DNA of 61,899 nucleotides, filler included, from 5 parts of 5 records of this genome joined end to end with filler, not necessarily neighbours in it; one strand, 5' to 3'. Counted from the whole stretch's first letter, positions 20,010-31,277 are shown. The notes: generated by a model not told the origin, from the letters alone. Made by a program: numbers and translations.

Positions 20010-21224
20010 CTACACAGTTATGATATAATTTGCAAGGTAGGCAAGGCATATCAAACCGCCTAGGTAGAGTGTCAAAAAATAGAACAGATTGAGTACTTTA
20101 AAACCATCAAGGTTGCGTGAATAGTGTAGGTTATCCATATTAAACTTGAAGCTAAAGAATATGACAGCGGTGTAAAAGAAGGAATAGCGAAGATAAGCAA
20201 ACCATCGATATAAAGGACTTCTGTTTTTTTGAACTGCCAATAAATTTTTAATATTGTCAATTGTATAAACCTGTGTGTTCAGGAATCTTAAAAAAAATGA
20301 GTTGATAAATGAAAACACCAAAAAAATGATGAAAACGTTTACGATAATACATTCTTTGTTATAACCATAGCCCCACCAGTGTTTGTCCACAAAGTTTAGA
20401 GCGTGGCCCCAAAACCAGGAATAATCCCCATCAGGGTCGGTATATTGAAACGCCTTGTATTCTTTGTCCAGTATCTCATAGCTCTGTGTGAAGCCTTCCC
20501 TTTTTTGCATGAGAAGAAGGTCTTCATATACATTTGTTTTTAATTCATAACCAACAGAATCCTCTTTAGGAAACCAAAGTTTGAATCGCTTGTATCTGAA
20601 CCGAAATTTATCAATGGCCGCATTAGTCAGATTGATGTAACAAGAATCGTATTCAGGGTTTATGATCGACTGGGTCAGGTCGATCTCATTTGAAATCCTG
20701 GTTGTTTTTGAAAAGTTCAGGAATTTTGGTAGTGTATCTCCTAAAAGAGAAATCTCTCCTTTAAATTCCGTTTGTCCAAAATCCGCTAAGCTGTCGAATT
20801 TACAATAATCAAAAAATACCTTCGAATGGAATCGTGCTCCGGCTAAATTTGCTGATGAATCAAATCTTGCCATTAGAAAGCTGGCCATGCCTGTAAATTC
20901 CACATCCTCGAAAATAGCTGCCGAATGGAATTTTGCTGAACTAAAATCGGCGGTATCATTAAATATTGAAGCACCAAAATCGGCTGTTGAAGAAAAAGTA
21001 GCCATGGTAAAGTCAGCTGATGAATTAAAATGTGACTCCCGAAAATCCGCTTCAGCATTAAAATTGTAAAACGGATAATCTGTGTGATTTAAAATCCTTG
21101 TTTCCAGATCCCAGTACTCAATATTCCTCCAGGCCCATTCCTGGTTATCCTGGCTGAATAAATGACCTGTAAAAAACAAGACGAACAAAAAGATGATAGT
21201 GTACCTGGAATTCATAAACCACAT
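20010..21224 (-). CDS. Pentapeptide-repeat protein with C-terminal membrane domain
   Basis: Signal peptide; repeated A-D-F-x-x-A-x-F units (ADFRESHF, ADFTMATF, ADFGASIF, ADFSSAKF); WWGYGY then hydrophobic helices. Confidence 0.82.
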   Translation of the reverse strand: MWFMNSRYTIIFLFVLFFTGHLFSQDNQEWAWRNIEYWDLETRILNHTDYPFYNFNAEADFRESHFNSSADFTMATFSSTADFGASIFNDTADFSSAKFHSAAIFEDVEFTGMASFLMARFDSSANLAGARFHSKVFFDYCKFDSLADFGQTEFKGEISLLGDTLPKFLNFSKTTRISNEIDLTQSIINPEYDSCYINLTNAAIDKFRFRYKRFKLWFPKEDSVGYELKTNVYEDLLLMQKREGFTQSYEILDKEYKAFQYTDPDGDYSWFWGHALNFVDKHWWGYGYNKECIIVNVFIIFLVFSFINSFFLRFLNTQVYTIDNIKNLLAVQKNRSPLYRWFAYLRYSFFYTAVIFFSFKFNMDNLHYSRNLDGFKVLNLFYFLTLYLGGLICLAYLANYIITV

Positions 21225-21438
21225 TTAAATTTTATTCATAAAAGATAAGAGATTGGTGAGTCCTTAAACACTCGGTTTAATGATCAGGTTCATTTGTGGA
21301 TGGAAGGATACGCTTCAAATTCCGGTTTAAAACGGCTATCTTCTTTTGGACAAAGCCACATTAATATAGCTGCCCAGGTCGTCTTTTTCGATGGTTGACA
21401 GGCCGGGGCCGTTGTGGCCGTAAAAAATACGTCAGATG

Positions 21439-21690
21439 CTAGCCTTTTTTCAGCACTTCAATTACACTTTTCAAATTCTTCCGGGTGCTTTCCATCAGCA
21501 TATTTTTTATGCGCATCTCTTCATTTAATCTTTCCTGAACGGATTTAATTTCCTGTTCCTTAAACTTGAATTGTAAATTAGAGTTGCTGATCTGTTTCCT
21601 GAAAACAAAAAAGTTGATGAGTACCCCGATTAAGGTGATCAAAGCTGCAATAAGGGTTGAAATCAGGGGTATCAATTCGGTATTTTTCAT
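21439..21690 (-). CDS. Small hypothetical protein, N-terminal TM plus coiled coil (may be a truncated remnant)
   Basis: Hydrophobic N-terminus followed by a charged helical segment. Confidence 0.45.
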   Translation of the reverse strand: MKNTELIPLISTLIAALITLIGVLINFFVFRKQISNSNLQFKFKEQEIKSVQERLNEEMRIKNMLMESTRKNLKSVIEVLKKG

Positions 21691-22174
21691 ATTTATGATT
21701 CGTGAGAAAACGGGAAATTTTACATGATCTTACCGGGGCTTTGCAGTGACGCAACTAATCTATAAATGCCTGACAGATCAGTGCCTGCAGTTTACCATGA
21801 TCGTCAATATTTTCTGAGGGAATCATCTGGATAAAATAAACTACCACAAGTTCCTCTTCGGGGGCAACCCAATAACTGGAATGATAGGCTCCGCCTCAGC
21901 TAAACTCACCCTCGGATCCCAGGAGGCCTCGCGAACCTGGAACTTCCACAATTGAAAAACCAAGTCCATTTCCAATCCTCATTTCTCAGGGATACGAAAT
22001 ATCTGCGAAATGGCAAACCGTCATGAGTTCAACCGTCTTTGGTCAAATGCAGGATAACCGCTAAAAAAAATACTGCGGGTTTCATTAAAATTCTTGATTT
22101 CATAAGTTAGGATTAACACAAAAAATAAATAAACGTTGTACAAACTTTTGCCCTAACATTATGGAAAATAAGTT

Positions 22175-22984
22175 TTAACCGAGTGCAACATCCAGCAACA
22201 TCATTGTTGCAAAACCTATCATTGCGCCAATTGTTGATAAATCTGTTTCGTTCCCCATTTGGGATTCAGGGATCAATTCTTCAACCACAACAAAAATCAT
22301 GGCTCCTGCTGCAAATGAAAGCGCATAAGGCAATAGCGGCTCAATGGTAAGAACAAGGTATGCCCCGATAACTCCGGCTATGGGTTCAACTACTCCGGAT
22401 AGCTGACCATAATTGAATGCACGCAATCTTGTGAAGCCCTCTCTCCGCAAGGGTATTGAAACTGCTGCACCTTCGGGGAAGTTTTGTATGCCTATTCCAA
22501 TTGCCAGCGCAACGGCACCTGACAGAATTCCAATATCGGGGTTATTGGCCAATGCCCCAAATGCAACGCCTACAGCCAGACCTTCCGGAATATTATGAAG
22601 CGTGATGGCAAGCACCAATAGAACACTTCTTTGCCATGTGGTCTTGATTCCTTCAGCCTTGTCTGTGGATAATCCAAGGTGTAAATGAGGTAAAATTTTA
22701 TCAACAATCAACAAAAACGCTCCACCTGATAAAAACCCTACAACCGCTGGTACCCATGCAGTGGTTCCATCTTTTGTTGCCATCTGGATGGCTGGATTTA
22801 ACAGCGACCAAAAACTTGCGGCAATCATTACGCCTGCCGCAAACCCAAGCATCGAATTCAGCACTTTTTTGTTGAGTGATTTAAAAAAGAAAACCATCGA
22901 AGAGCCGGCGGCCGTTAGAAACCATGTAAATAATGTGGCAGCTAACGCTAATAAAACCGGATTATAATTTAGCAGTTCTTTCAT
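22175..22984 (-). CDS. ZIP family metal transporter (GufA/ZupT-like)
   Basis: HNIPEGLAVGV, QNFPEG, VVVEELIPE. Confidence 0.95.
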   Translation of the reverse strand: MKELLNYNPVLLALAATLFTWFLTAAGSSMVFFFKSLNKKVLNSMLGFAAGVMIAASFWSLLNPAIQMATKDGTTAWVPAVVGFLSGGAFLLIVDKILPHLHLGLSTDKAEGIKTTWQRSVLLVLAITLHNIPEGLAVGVAFGALANNPDIGILSGAVALAIGIGIQNFPEGAAVSIPLRREGFTRLRAFNYGQLSGVVEPIAGVIGAYLVLTIEPLLPYALSFAAGAMIFVVVEELIPESQMGNETDLSTIGAMIGFATMMLLDVALG

Positions 22985-22995
22985 CCATTATATGA

Positions 22996-24825
22996 TTAGC
23001 CTAAAATCGCACCAATAATTGTTGCCGAAAGGAGTGAAGCCAGCGTGCCGCCAAGGAGAGCTTTCATGCCATACTTACTAAGGAACCACCGCTTGTTGGG
23101 GGCCAGTCCGCCAATACCACCAATCTGAATACCGATGGAAGCAAAGTTGGCAAACCCACAGAGCATATAAGTAGCCATAATCACTGACTTATGGCTGGCG
23201 AAAGCGCCGGTGGATTTCAGTTCAGCCAGGCTGGTGTAGCCCACAAATTCGCTGGCGATGAGTTTTTCGCCCAGGAGTTGTCCGAGCAGAGTGATGTCCT
23301 GGCTGCCTGCACCAATTACCCACATGAGTGGAGCAAAGGTGTAACCCAGCACAAATTCCATCGAAAGTTCGGTGTATTGTCCACCGGTGAAGGCCGCAAT
23401 GGATTCGTTGATGCCGGTCCATGTACCCACTTTCAGAAAAATGAAATTGACCATGGCGATGAAGGCGAAAAATACCAGCAGCATAGCGCCCACATTGGCA
23501 GCTAGTTTGAGGCCTTCAGTGGTACCGTTTGAGAGGGCATCCAGGAAGTTCCGTCCGATCTTGTCCTGTTTCACCTCTACCTTCATGTCAATTTCATCGG
23601 TTTGTGGTATCAGTATCTTCGAGATGACAATGGCGCCGGGAGCTGCCATTACGGATGCGGTGAGCAGGTGCTTGGCAAAAATGAGCCGCTGAACGGGATC
23701 GTCGCCCCCCAGGAAACTGATATAAGCCGCCAGCACACCACCGGCAACAGTGGCCATCCCGCCGATCATCACCAACAGCATCTCCGAATCGTTCATTTTA
23801 GGCAGGTAAGCCTTGATCATAAGTGGTGATTCGGTTTGGCCGAGAAAAATATTGCCGGCAACAGATAAACTTTCAGCACCGGAAATTTTAAGGGCTTTGG
23901 TCATGAGCCAGGCCATTACCCAAACAATTTTCTGGATGATGCCGAGGTAAAACAAAACACTTGTGAGCGCTGAGAAAAAGATAATGGTGGGTAGAATCTG
24001 GAGCGCGAAAATATAACCTGTTTTGGGGATGTCCATCAGGTCGTTAAAAAGGAAAGTGCTGCCAATTTTAGTGAAATCGAGTATCACCACAAAAATTCCG
24101 CCAACCAGCCCAAAGAAATCCTCAACAATTGGCACGAACAAAATCCCCAATGCAATCCCCACCTGGATGAGTAACCCCACAAGAACCACGCGCCAGGCAA
24201 CCTTTCTACGGTTCGAACTGAAAATCCATGCTATGATGATCAACACCATGATCCCCAGTAAACCACGGAGTAATGACATGACATTAAAGCCACTAGCGCT
24301 TCTTTTAACAAATGCGGTGCTCCCTGGTGCTTTGTTTAGATAAACGTGTTGCAAGCCATGTTCCAGCAAGACAAGGGAGTCGGAGGTGATTTTGACGATG
24401 TTGTATGTTTTTTGTTCCCTTGGAGAAGCCAGGCGATTTTTTTTCAGGCGCGTGATTTCTTCTCCATCCTTATAAAATACAACATGTGGCTGGCTATCGA
24501 TAACAGTGTAAACCGTAGAGTCAATTTCATGTGCTGCGGGCGCAAGGTCATAAATAAGTGTTAACGTTTTGTCTTCGATCTGCCAGTTACCTTTCAGGAG
24601 TTTTTCCTCATCTTGCAGGTATTGTTCAAATGTTTTTAGCTCCGAAGCCAGCGTTAAACCGGCTTTTGGATTATTTACAGCCGTGGTGTTGTTGAGGCTG
24701 TCTATTGTTGCTGCATGTGTCCAGTCTGCTGCAAGGAGTTCCTGTATGTTTTGATCCTGCTGAGCTGACAAGATGAGGGGAATCGACAGCATTAAGATGG
24801 AAAGTAATCGGAAAGTTTTATTCAT
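22996..24825 (-). CDS. CNT/NupC family nucleoside transporter with N-terminal soluble extension
   Basis: GNIFLGQTE, MATVAGG, SEFVGY, LCGFANFASIGIQIGG; signal peptide and about 160 aa extra domain before TM1. Confidence 0.92.
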   Translation of the reverse strand: MNKTFRLLSILMLSIPLILSAQQDQNIQELLAADWTHAATIDSLNNTTAVNNPKAGLTLASELKTFEQYLQDEEKLLKGNWQIEDKTLTLIYDLAPAAHEIDSTVYTVIDSQPHVVFYKDGEEITRLKKNRLASPREQKTYNIVKITSDSLVLLEHGLQHVYLNKAPGSTAFVKRSASGFNVMSLLRGLLGIMVLIIIAWIFSSNRRKVAWRVVLVGLLIQVGIALGILFVPIVEDFFGLVGGIFVVILDFTKIGSTFLFNDLMDIPKTGYIFALQILPTIIFFSALTSVLFYLGIIQKIVWVMAWLMTKALKISGAESLSVAGNIFLGQTESPLMIKAYLPKMNDSEMLLVMIGGMATVAGGVLAAYISFLGGDDPVQRLIFAKHLLTASVMAAPGAIVISKILIPQTDEIDMKVEVKQDKIGRNFLDALSNGTTEGLKLAANVGAMLLVFFAFIAMVNFIFLKVGTWTGINESIAAFTGGQYTELSMEFVLGYTFAPLMWVIGAGSQDITLLGQLLGEKLIASEFVGYTSLAELKSTGAFASHKSVIMATYMLCGFANFASIGIQIGGIGGLAPNKRWFLSKYGMKALLGGTLASLLSATIIGAILG

Positions 24826-24871
24826 ATTTTTCGATAGCTACAGAATGAATCTGCAAATATCAAAAAATAAG

Positions 24872-25462
24872 TTAATCGCGCCGCTTAATTTCGTCACGGA
24901 TTACAGATGCTTTTTCGTAATCTTCGTTTTCGATGGCTTTCTGGAGGAGGTCATTCAATTCTTTGAGGCTGCTTTTAGAATAAGGATTCGACGATTTCGA
25001 TTTGGGTTTCACCCAATCTGATTCTTCTGATTTCTGCTCTTTTTCGTCCTTCACAATAATTCCTGCTTCCGACATTATTTTTTCGGTGGTAAAAATTGGG
25101 CACTTGAACCGGATGGCCATGGCCACGGCATCAGAGGTTCTGGAATCGATTTCGATGGCTTTTTCGCTATTGTTACAAACAAGCTGGGCATAAAATACGC
25201 CATCATGAAATTTATTGATAAAAACTTCCGTGATGGTGATGTGGAATGCATTTGCAACACTTTTGAGCAGGTCGTGGGTTAATGGACGGGCGGGCTTCAT
25301 TTTTTCCAGTTCGATGGCTATGGCCTGTGCTTCAAATCCCCCGATGATTATCGGTAGCCTTCTTTCACCTGCAGTCTCACCCAATATCAATGCATAAGCT
25401 CCACTTTGCGATTGACTATATGACATTCCCAGAATTTCAAGTTGTATTTTGTCCATTATCAA
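24872..25462 (-). CDS. Bifunctional nuclease (DUF151) with UVR domain
   Basis: LPIIIGGFEAQAI, RPLTHDL, DSRTSDAVA; C-terminal AIENEDYEKASVIRDEI. Confidence 0.92.
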   Translation of the reverse strand: MIMDKIQLEILGMSYSQSQSGAYALILGETAGERRLPIIIGGFEAQAIAIELEKMKPARPLTHDLLKSVANAFHITITEVFINKFHDGVFYAQLVCNNSEKAIEIDSRTSDAVAMAIRFKCPIFTTEKIMSEAGIIVKDEKEQKSEESDWVKPKSKSSNPYSKSSLKELNDLLQKAIENEDYEKASVIRDEIKRRD

Positions 25463-25782
25463 AGCACTTTTTTAATCAGACACGAAATTATAAAAAACTT
25501 TTGTGATAAACAGGGCATATGCGTTTCAGGTCCAAATTTACACTGCTTTACCTCTCATTCAAACAAACTGTCACTGTCTTGATTTGTTCATTTCATTTTA
25601 AACTGAATCAATAGCTAGTTGCACGTGATTAAAAATGAGCCTGTTAAAAAAATGTAAATATTCTTATTTGGACAGAATAAAAATAAGAGCGCTGCAAAAT
25701 TTTGACTTTTTTTTTCGAGTTTTGCACGAAAATTAAATAATATTTTTATAACTAACTGAAAATCATTTACTTAATCAAAATT

Positions 25783-28179
25783 ATGGATAACGTAGTTTAT
25801 TATTTACCTCTTGCCGGGATTGCCGGCATTTTATTTATGTTGTGGAAATCTTCATGGGTTTCGAAACAGGAATCCGGGACAACAAAAATGACGAACATCG
25901 CCAAACACATTGCTGACGGTGCCATGGCATTTTTAAAAGCAGAGTATAAAATCCTGGCCATTTTCGTGTTGGCTGTTGCAGTTTTATTGTTTTTTAAAGG
26001 CGAAAATGAAGCCGGTTCTAATGGCTATGTTTTGCTTTCGTTTGTTGTTGGAGCTGTTCTTTCGGGACTTTCGGGTTATGTGGGCATGCGCATAGCCACA
26101 AAGGCCAATGTACGGACTACCAATGCCGCCCGTTCATCACTCAACAAAGCCCTTGAAGTGGCTTTTAACGGTGGCTCAGTCATGGGAATTGGAGTTGTTA
26201 CACTCGGATTACTGGGATTGTCGGTTTTATTTTTATTTTACAATTATGTATTGGGCGTTGACTGGGGACTGGATACCGTGATCAATGTGATTTCATCTTT
26301 TTCACTTGGAGCTTCTTCCATTGCGCTATTTGCGCGTGTTGGGGGAGGTATTTACACAAAAGCCGCCGATGTTGGTGCCGACCTGGTAGGAAAAGTGGAA
26401 GCCGGCATTCCGGAGGATCATCCGTTGAATCCTGCAACCATTGCTGATAATGTGGGTGATAATGTGGGTGATGTTGCAGGTATGGGTGCCGACCTTTTCG
26501 AATCATTCGTAGGATCAATCATCGCCGCAATGGTGTTGGGTGCCGCATTTGTTGGCGCTTCCGAGATTGCTTCAGGCTTTGAACTTGGCCCGGTAATTTT
26601 GCCCCTGGCCCTGGGAGCCTTTGGAATTTTAACCTCGATTTTCGGGACATTTTTCGTTCGAATTAAAGAGAACGGAAACCCGCAATCAGCACTAAATAAA
26701 GGTGAATTCTGGTCAGGGATCGTGATGTTTATCGGATCGTATTTTATCATCCGCGCCTTCCTGCCTGAATCATGGACCATTGTTACTTTAGATGGGACTG
26801 AAAAGGAGTACACCTCGATGGGCATTTTTTATTCCACAATTGTTGGGCTCGCCATCGGCCTTGCCATTGGTAAGATCACGGAATATTATACGGCTACCGG
26901 TAAAAATCCGGTGAAATCCATTGTAAGCCAGTCGCGTACAGGCGCGGCTACAAACATTATTGCCGGCCTTGAGGTTGGGATGAAATCCACAGCGATCCCG
27001 GTTATCGGACTTGCGGCTGCAATAATTACCTCCTATCATTTTGCGGGCCTTTACGGAATTGCTATTGCAGCAGTTGCTATGCTGGCCAATACAGGAATCC
27101 AGCTGGCTGTGGATGCTTATGGCCCAATTGCAGATAATGCTGGTGGAATCGCTGAAATGACTGATCTTCCGCCGGAAGTTCGTAAACGTACCGATAAACT
27201 TGATGCTGTAGGAAACACCACAGCTGCCATCGGAAAGGGCTTTGCCATCGCATCGGCTACACTAACTGCCCTGGCGCTGTTTTCAGCATTCATGACGCAG
27301 GCAGGAATCTACACCATCGATATTTCAGAACCACGCATCATGGCTGGTCTGTTGGTGGGAGGTATGTTACCATACCTGTTTTCGTCGATGGCTATGGGTG
27401 CTGTTGGCCGAGCCGCGAATTCGATGATCGAAGAGGTACGCCGCCAGTTTAATTCCATCCCTGAATTGAAAGCTGCACTTATCGTTATGAGAAAGTATGA
27501 TTCTGATATTTCTAAAGCTTCGGATGACGAGAAAAAAGTGTTTGATGCTGCTGAGGGGAAAGCTGAATACGAAAAATGTGTTGAGATATCCACAAAGTCT
27601 TCACTCAAGGAAATGGTACTTCCCGGTTTGCTGGCCATTATCGCTCCTGCTGCAGTTGGTTTTCTGGGTGGTGCAGAAATGCTTGGTGGTTTGCTTGCTG
27701 GAGTTACAGCTTCCGGTGTACTTTTGGCTATCTATCAAAGTAATGCCGGCGGAGCTTGGGATAATGCAAAAAAAATGATCGAGGAGGGGGTTCACATGGA
27801 TGATGTGCATCACGGTAAAGGCGGTGACTCACATAAAGCTACAGTAGTTGGTGACACTGTTGGTGATCCTTTCAAAGATACATCCGGCCCGTCGCTGAAT
27901 ATTTTGCTTAAGCTGATGTCGGTAGTTGCGCTGGTGATTGCACCTAGTATTGCCATCGATAATATGGACCGCGGCGCTATGCTGGAGCCACCACAGGAAA
28001 AAGTGATCCGGTTGGAGGATCATGATTTGGGTTGCCATGATGCGGAAACTGTTGATGAAACCTTTACAGTATTTATTGAAAACCAGTTTTCCATTTTGGA
28101 TACGAAAAAAACTTTAAAATTTCAAGAAATTAAACCAGGATCAATGAAAATAAAGATGCCAGTAGGTTTGCCGTCGTAG
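25783..28179 (+). CDS. hppA: Membrane-integral, K+-dependent (probably Na+-translocating) pyrophosphatase
   Basis: [35 protein letters not shown] (Ala = K+-dependent type), [14 protein letters not shown]. Confidence 0.95.
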   Translation: MDNVVYYLPLAGIAGILFMLWKSSWVSKQESGTTKMTNIAKHIADGAMAFLKAEYKILAIFVLAVAVLLFFKGENEAGSNGYVLLSFVVGAVLSGLSGYVGMRIATKANVRTTNAARSSLNKALEVAFNGGSVMGIGVVTLGLLGLSVLFLFYNYVLGVDWGLDTVINVISSFSLGASSIALFARVGGGIYTKAADVGADLVGKVEAGIPEDHPLNPATIADNVGDNVGDVAGMGADLFESFVGSIIAAMVLGAAFVGASEIASGFELGPVILPLALGAFGILTSIFGTFFVRIKENGNPQSALNKGEFWSGIVMFIGSYFIIRAFLPESWTIVTLDGTEKEYTSMGIFYSTIVGLAIGLAIGKITEYYTATGKNPVKSIVSQSRTGAATNIIAGLEVGMKSTAIPVIGLAAAIITSYHFAGLYGIAIAAVAMLANTGIQLAVDAYGPIADNAGGIAEMTDLPPEVRKRTDKLDAVGNTTAAIGKGFAIASATLTALALFSAFMTQAGIYTIDISEPRIMAGLLVGGMLPYLFSSMAMGAVGRAANSMIEEVRRQFNSIPELKAALIVMRKYDSDISKASDDEKKVFDAAEGKAEYEKCVEISTKSSLKEMVLPGLLAIIAPAAVGFLGGAEMLGGLLAGVTASGVLLAIYQSNAGGAWDNAKKMIEEGVHMDDVHHGKGGDSHKATVVGDTVGDPFKDTSGPSLNILLKLMSVVALVIAPSIAIDNMDRGAMLEPPQEKVIRLEDHDLGCHDAETVDETFTVFIENQFSILDTKKTLKFQEIKPGSMKIKMPVGLPS

Positions 28180-28205
28180 ACTTAATTTACAAATAAAATT
28201 ATGAA

Positions 28206-28236
28206 GGCCACATTTCAAAAGGAGTGTGGCTTTTTT
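28206..28236 (+). terminator. Rho-independent terminator after hppA
   Basis: GCCACATT...AGTGTGGC followed by TTTTTT. Confidence 0.7.
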
Positions 28237-28304
28237 ATTACTTGGTTGCAATTATTGTAATTAAATTGATCTTTGCAAAGCCAAAATAGTCAAACCAAAA
28301 TTAC

Positions 28305-30866
28305 ATGAAAAAGAAAAAATCGCAACAGCCAGGGGGTGGTATTGTGGGTAATATCTGGCCCATGAAAAGCGAACTTCTTTCTTTAATATTGTTGTTGATA
28401 GCCCTACCGCTGGTCTATTCCAAAAATACACTTGATCCGGTAATCATGCCGAGATTATTTTTTTTGAGCCTGTCTCTTATTTTGATTTTGCTGCTCAATT
28501 TTAAGCATGGTAAAACCACCGTTAATAAATGGTTTGTTTTTAGTTACGGATTATATCTGGTGTTGGTGGTTTTATCAGTTTTTCAGGCTGTTAATGTGAA
28601 GGAAGCTCTTGTTGATATCGTCAAAACTTCGATGCTTTTTTTTACATTGATTTATCTAACACAGACATTTCAAAAAGAACAGGTTATCTCGTCGATCCCG
28701 GCAATGGTAAATGTTGCAGCAACCATTTCAATTTTTCTGGGGTTGTCATCCTACCTTGGAAGCCTTAACAATTCTGATTCGATTTACATGCCTGATGGGC
28801 GACCGTGGTATTATTCGGTAAGCGGGCTGATGGCACACAAAAATCAATATGCAATTTCGCTGATGTTGATGCTGCCTTTTACAGGATATGGAATATTCAG
28901 ATACAAAAATGTCGGAAGAATTTATGCTGTCATTACAACAACCGCTATCCTTTTTATGATTGTTTTTCTCAGGACACGATCAGTCTGGGTTGGAACTTCT
29001 CTCGGTTTGTTTATATTTTTTGGTGGAATAATAATTTTTAACCTAAAGCTTGGCATCAAAAAAGCTCACTTTAAGCGGCTAATATTAACATTTTCAGCAA
29101 TCTCAGTTCTGGCAATTATTTTGATTTTTGCGGGTAAAGGTGGTGATTATTCCATCAGTACACTGGTAAAAAGTATTTCAGACCCATATTCGGCAACCAA
29201 CATCAACCGCATAAAGATTTGGGAGGTAACTGGTGATATGATTGCAGAGAAGCCTGTATTTGGTGTAGGTGCCGGAAACTGGAAGCTCAATACTCACCGG
29301 TATTTTTCGGCCACCCATTTTGATAAATCATTGTTGAACTGGCTCCGGCCGCACAATGATTACCTGTGGATTTGGGCCGAAAAGGGCATTTTCGGACTAT
29401 TGGCGTTTATTTCCATTTTTCTGGTCTCGATGATTTTTATTCTAAAAATCATATTTTCCGATGCCAAAACAGATAATAAGATTCTAGCATTATTGCTGGC
29501 CTCAGGAATCGGTGGCTATCTGCTGGTTTCATTTTTTACTTTTCCGCTCGAGCGAATAAACCACCAGGTTTACCTTGTAATTTTTTTTGCAGTGATATCT
29601 GCAATGTTCTCAAACGCAAAACACAAGCGTGATATCACGGTTAAACAAAAATTTATCCTGATACCGGCATTGGCAATTGCCATTTTTGCTGCCTGTTATA
29701 GTTATAATCTTATCAGGATGGAAAATCAGGTTCGTGAATGCAGAGACCTACAGTTTTCAAAAAACTGGAAAGGCATGTATGATAAGTCTTTGCAGATATC
29801 TACAACATTCAGAGATATTGATGCTGACGGTACTCCCCTTGGTTGGTATGCAGGATTGTCAAGCATGAAAGCAGGCAGATATGAACGCGCCGTGAAAGCA
29901 TACGAAATGGCTGTAGATGAGCACCCGGGGCATTTCAAGTCAATGAATAACCTGGGAATGTGTTACCTGAAATCTAAAAACCACCGGTATGCAATATCAA
30001 TACTTAAGAGGGCAACCGAAATTTTGCCTGACTACCCCGAGGGGAAAACAAACCTGGCGACCGCATATTTACGCAATGGGCAGTTTCATGAATGTTATAA
30101 AACGTTAGCATCAATTCCAGAATACCTGATCGTAGATAGAATACTTGAATTTAAGCACCGCATCCGGGGAAATCCCAGGCTGATAGGTCGACAAAATATG
30201 GATTCAACATTGATCACCTTTTCTGGAAACCCAGTGGATAAGTATGCATATTATATTCAAATTGATCCTGATTGGCTTGCATTGGTTGAAGGTAAAGCAA
30301 AAGCACAAAATATCCCCCTTGAAAATGCCATTCAGGCTGATGCACATTTCATAGCAAATGAAAAAGAACCTGAAAATTATCTTTTCTGGAATGGCCTGGA
30401 TTATTATGAAGAACTGATCTTGAAAGATACTGCATGGGTAAAGCATGTTCAGAAACAGGCGAGGCAAAAGGGTAATGACTTCAGGTTGGAACTCGAAGGC
30501 CATGCCCGCTCAGAGTTTGCATCGATGAATCCGGTTGCATATGTTTTGTTTGTAAGGGCTGAGAAAAAAAAGCGGCAGCTTCTCGCTGATACCCCAAGGC
30601 ATTTGGAATTGATTCGGTACGCCAATACAAATAAGTTTAATTTTGAAACCTATCTGGATGCATATGTCCATTATATTGTTGGGACCGAATACTTTGAAAA
30701 ATCGGAATACAATAGAAAAATTGACGGATATATCCATGCAATCAACCAGGATGATGATTGGTTAAGTCTGGTGAATCAAAAAGCCAGAAAAAAAGAAACC
30801 ATGTTGTCCGAGGAACTGATCTCGGAAGCAACCTACATGGTTATGCGCGAAGAAAACGGGCATTAA
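28305..30866 (+). CDS. O-antigen ligase (Wzy_C) family protein with TPR and C-terminal helical repeats
   Basis: Multi-TM N-terminus, TRSVW, R..IW, GVGAGNW, PHNDYL, E.GIFG; TPR-like NNLGMCY/NLATAY; four W..KA-type repeats. Confidence 0.88.
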   Translation: MKKKKSQQPGGGIVGNIWPMKSELLSLILLLIALPLVYSKNTLDPVIMPRLFFLSLSLILILLLNFKHGKTTVNKWFVFSYGLYLVLVVLSVFQAVNVKEALVDIVKTSMLFFTLIYLTQTFQKEQVISSIPAMVNVAATISIFLGLSSYLGSLNNSDSIYMPDGRPWYYSVSGLMAHKNQYAISLMLMLPFTGYGIFRYKNVGRIYAVITTTAILFMIVFLRTRSVWVGTSLGLFIFFGGIIIFNLKLGIKKAHFKRLILTFSAISVLAIILIFAGKGGDYSISTLVKSISDPYSATNINRIKIWEVTGDMIAEKPVFGVGAGNWKLNTHRYFSATHFDKSLLNWLRPHNDYLWIWAEKGIFGLLAFISIFLVSMIFILKIIFSDAKTDNKILALLLASGIGGYLLVSFFTFPLERINHQVYLVIFFAVISAMFSNAKHKRDITVKQKFILIPALAIAIFAACYSYNLIRMENQVRECRDLQFSKNWKGMYDKSLQISTTFRDIDADGTPLGWYAGLSSMKAGRYERAVKAYEMAVDEHPGHFKSMNNLGMCYLKSKNHRYAISILKRATEILPDYPEGKTNLATAYLRNGQFHECYKTLASIPEYLIVDRILEFKHRIRGNPRLIGRQNMDSTLITFSGNPVDKYAYYIQIDPDWLALVEGKAKAQNIPLENAIQADAHFIANEKEPENYLFWNGLDYYEELILKDTAWVKHVQKQARQKGNDFRLELEGHARSEFASMNPVAYVLFVRAEKKKRQLLADTPRHLELIRYANTNKFNFETYLDAYVHYIVGTEYFEKSEYNRKIDGYIHAINQDDDWLSLVNQKARKKETMLSEELISEATYMVMREENGH

Positions 30867-30893
30867 ATGATTTGATCAGCTTTTGAAAATTGT

Positions 30894-31277
30894 CTAGACA
30901 ACAACAGCACTCACCTCAATCTCTACCAGCATTTCCGGATGCACCAGCCCATTTACCTCAACCATGGTTGAGGCCGGCTTAATCTCCCGGAAAACCTCGC
31001 CATGGGCTCGTCCAATTTCTTCCCATCTTGAAATATCAGTCACATACATGCGTGTCCTGATCACATCTTTTAGCTCTGCACCGGCATCCTGAAGGGATTT
31101 TTCTATCTTTTTCAGGATGAATTGGGTTTGAAGATATGCATCATTCTCCCCGATAATTTCATCGTTTTCAACGGCGGTAGTTCCGGCCACTTCAACGATA
31201 TTGCCAACTTTTACTGCGCGGGAGTAACCAACAATGTCCTCCCATTTTGCACCCGAAGATATATTTTTCCGTTCCAT
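30894..31277 (-). CDS. RidA/YjgF family protein
   Basis: WEDIVGYSRAV, VAGTT, RTRMYV, PASTMVEV, VEIE; start MERKN. Confidence 0.93.
   Translation of the reverse strand: MERKNISSGAKWEDIVGYSRAVKVGNIVEVAGTTAVENDEIIGENDAYLQTQFILKKIEKSLQDAGAELKDVIRTRMYVTDISRWEEIGRAHGEVFREIKPASTMVEVNGLVHPEMLVEIEVSAVVV

Noticed and set aside
21240-22170. Pseudogene or ncRNA in the long intergenic stretch around the 83-aa ORF
   Set aside because: Short open frames and GC-richer patches exist, but none matches a family or fold I can support.
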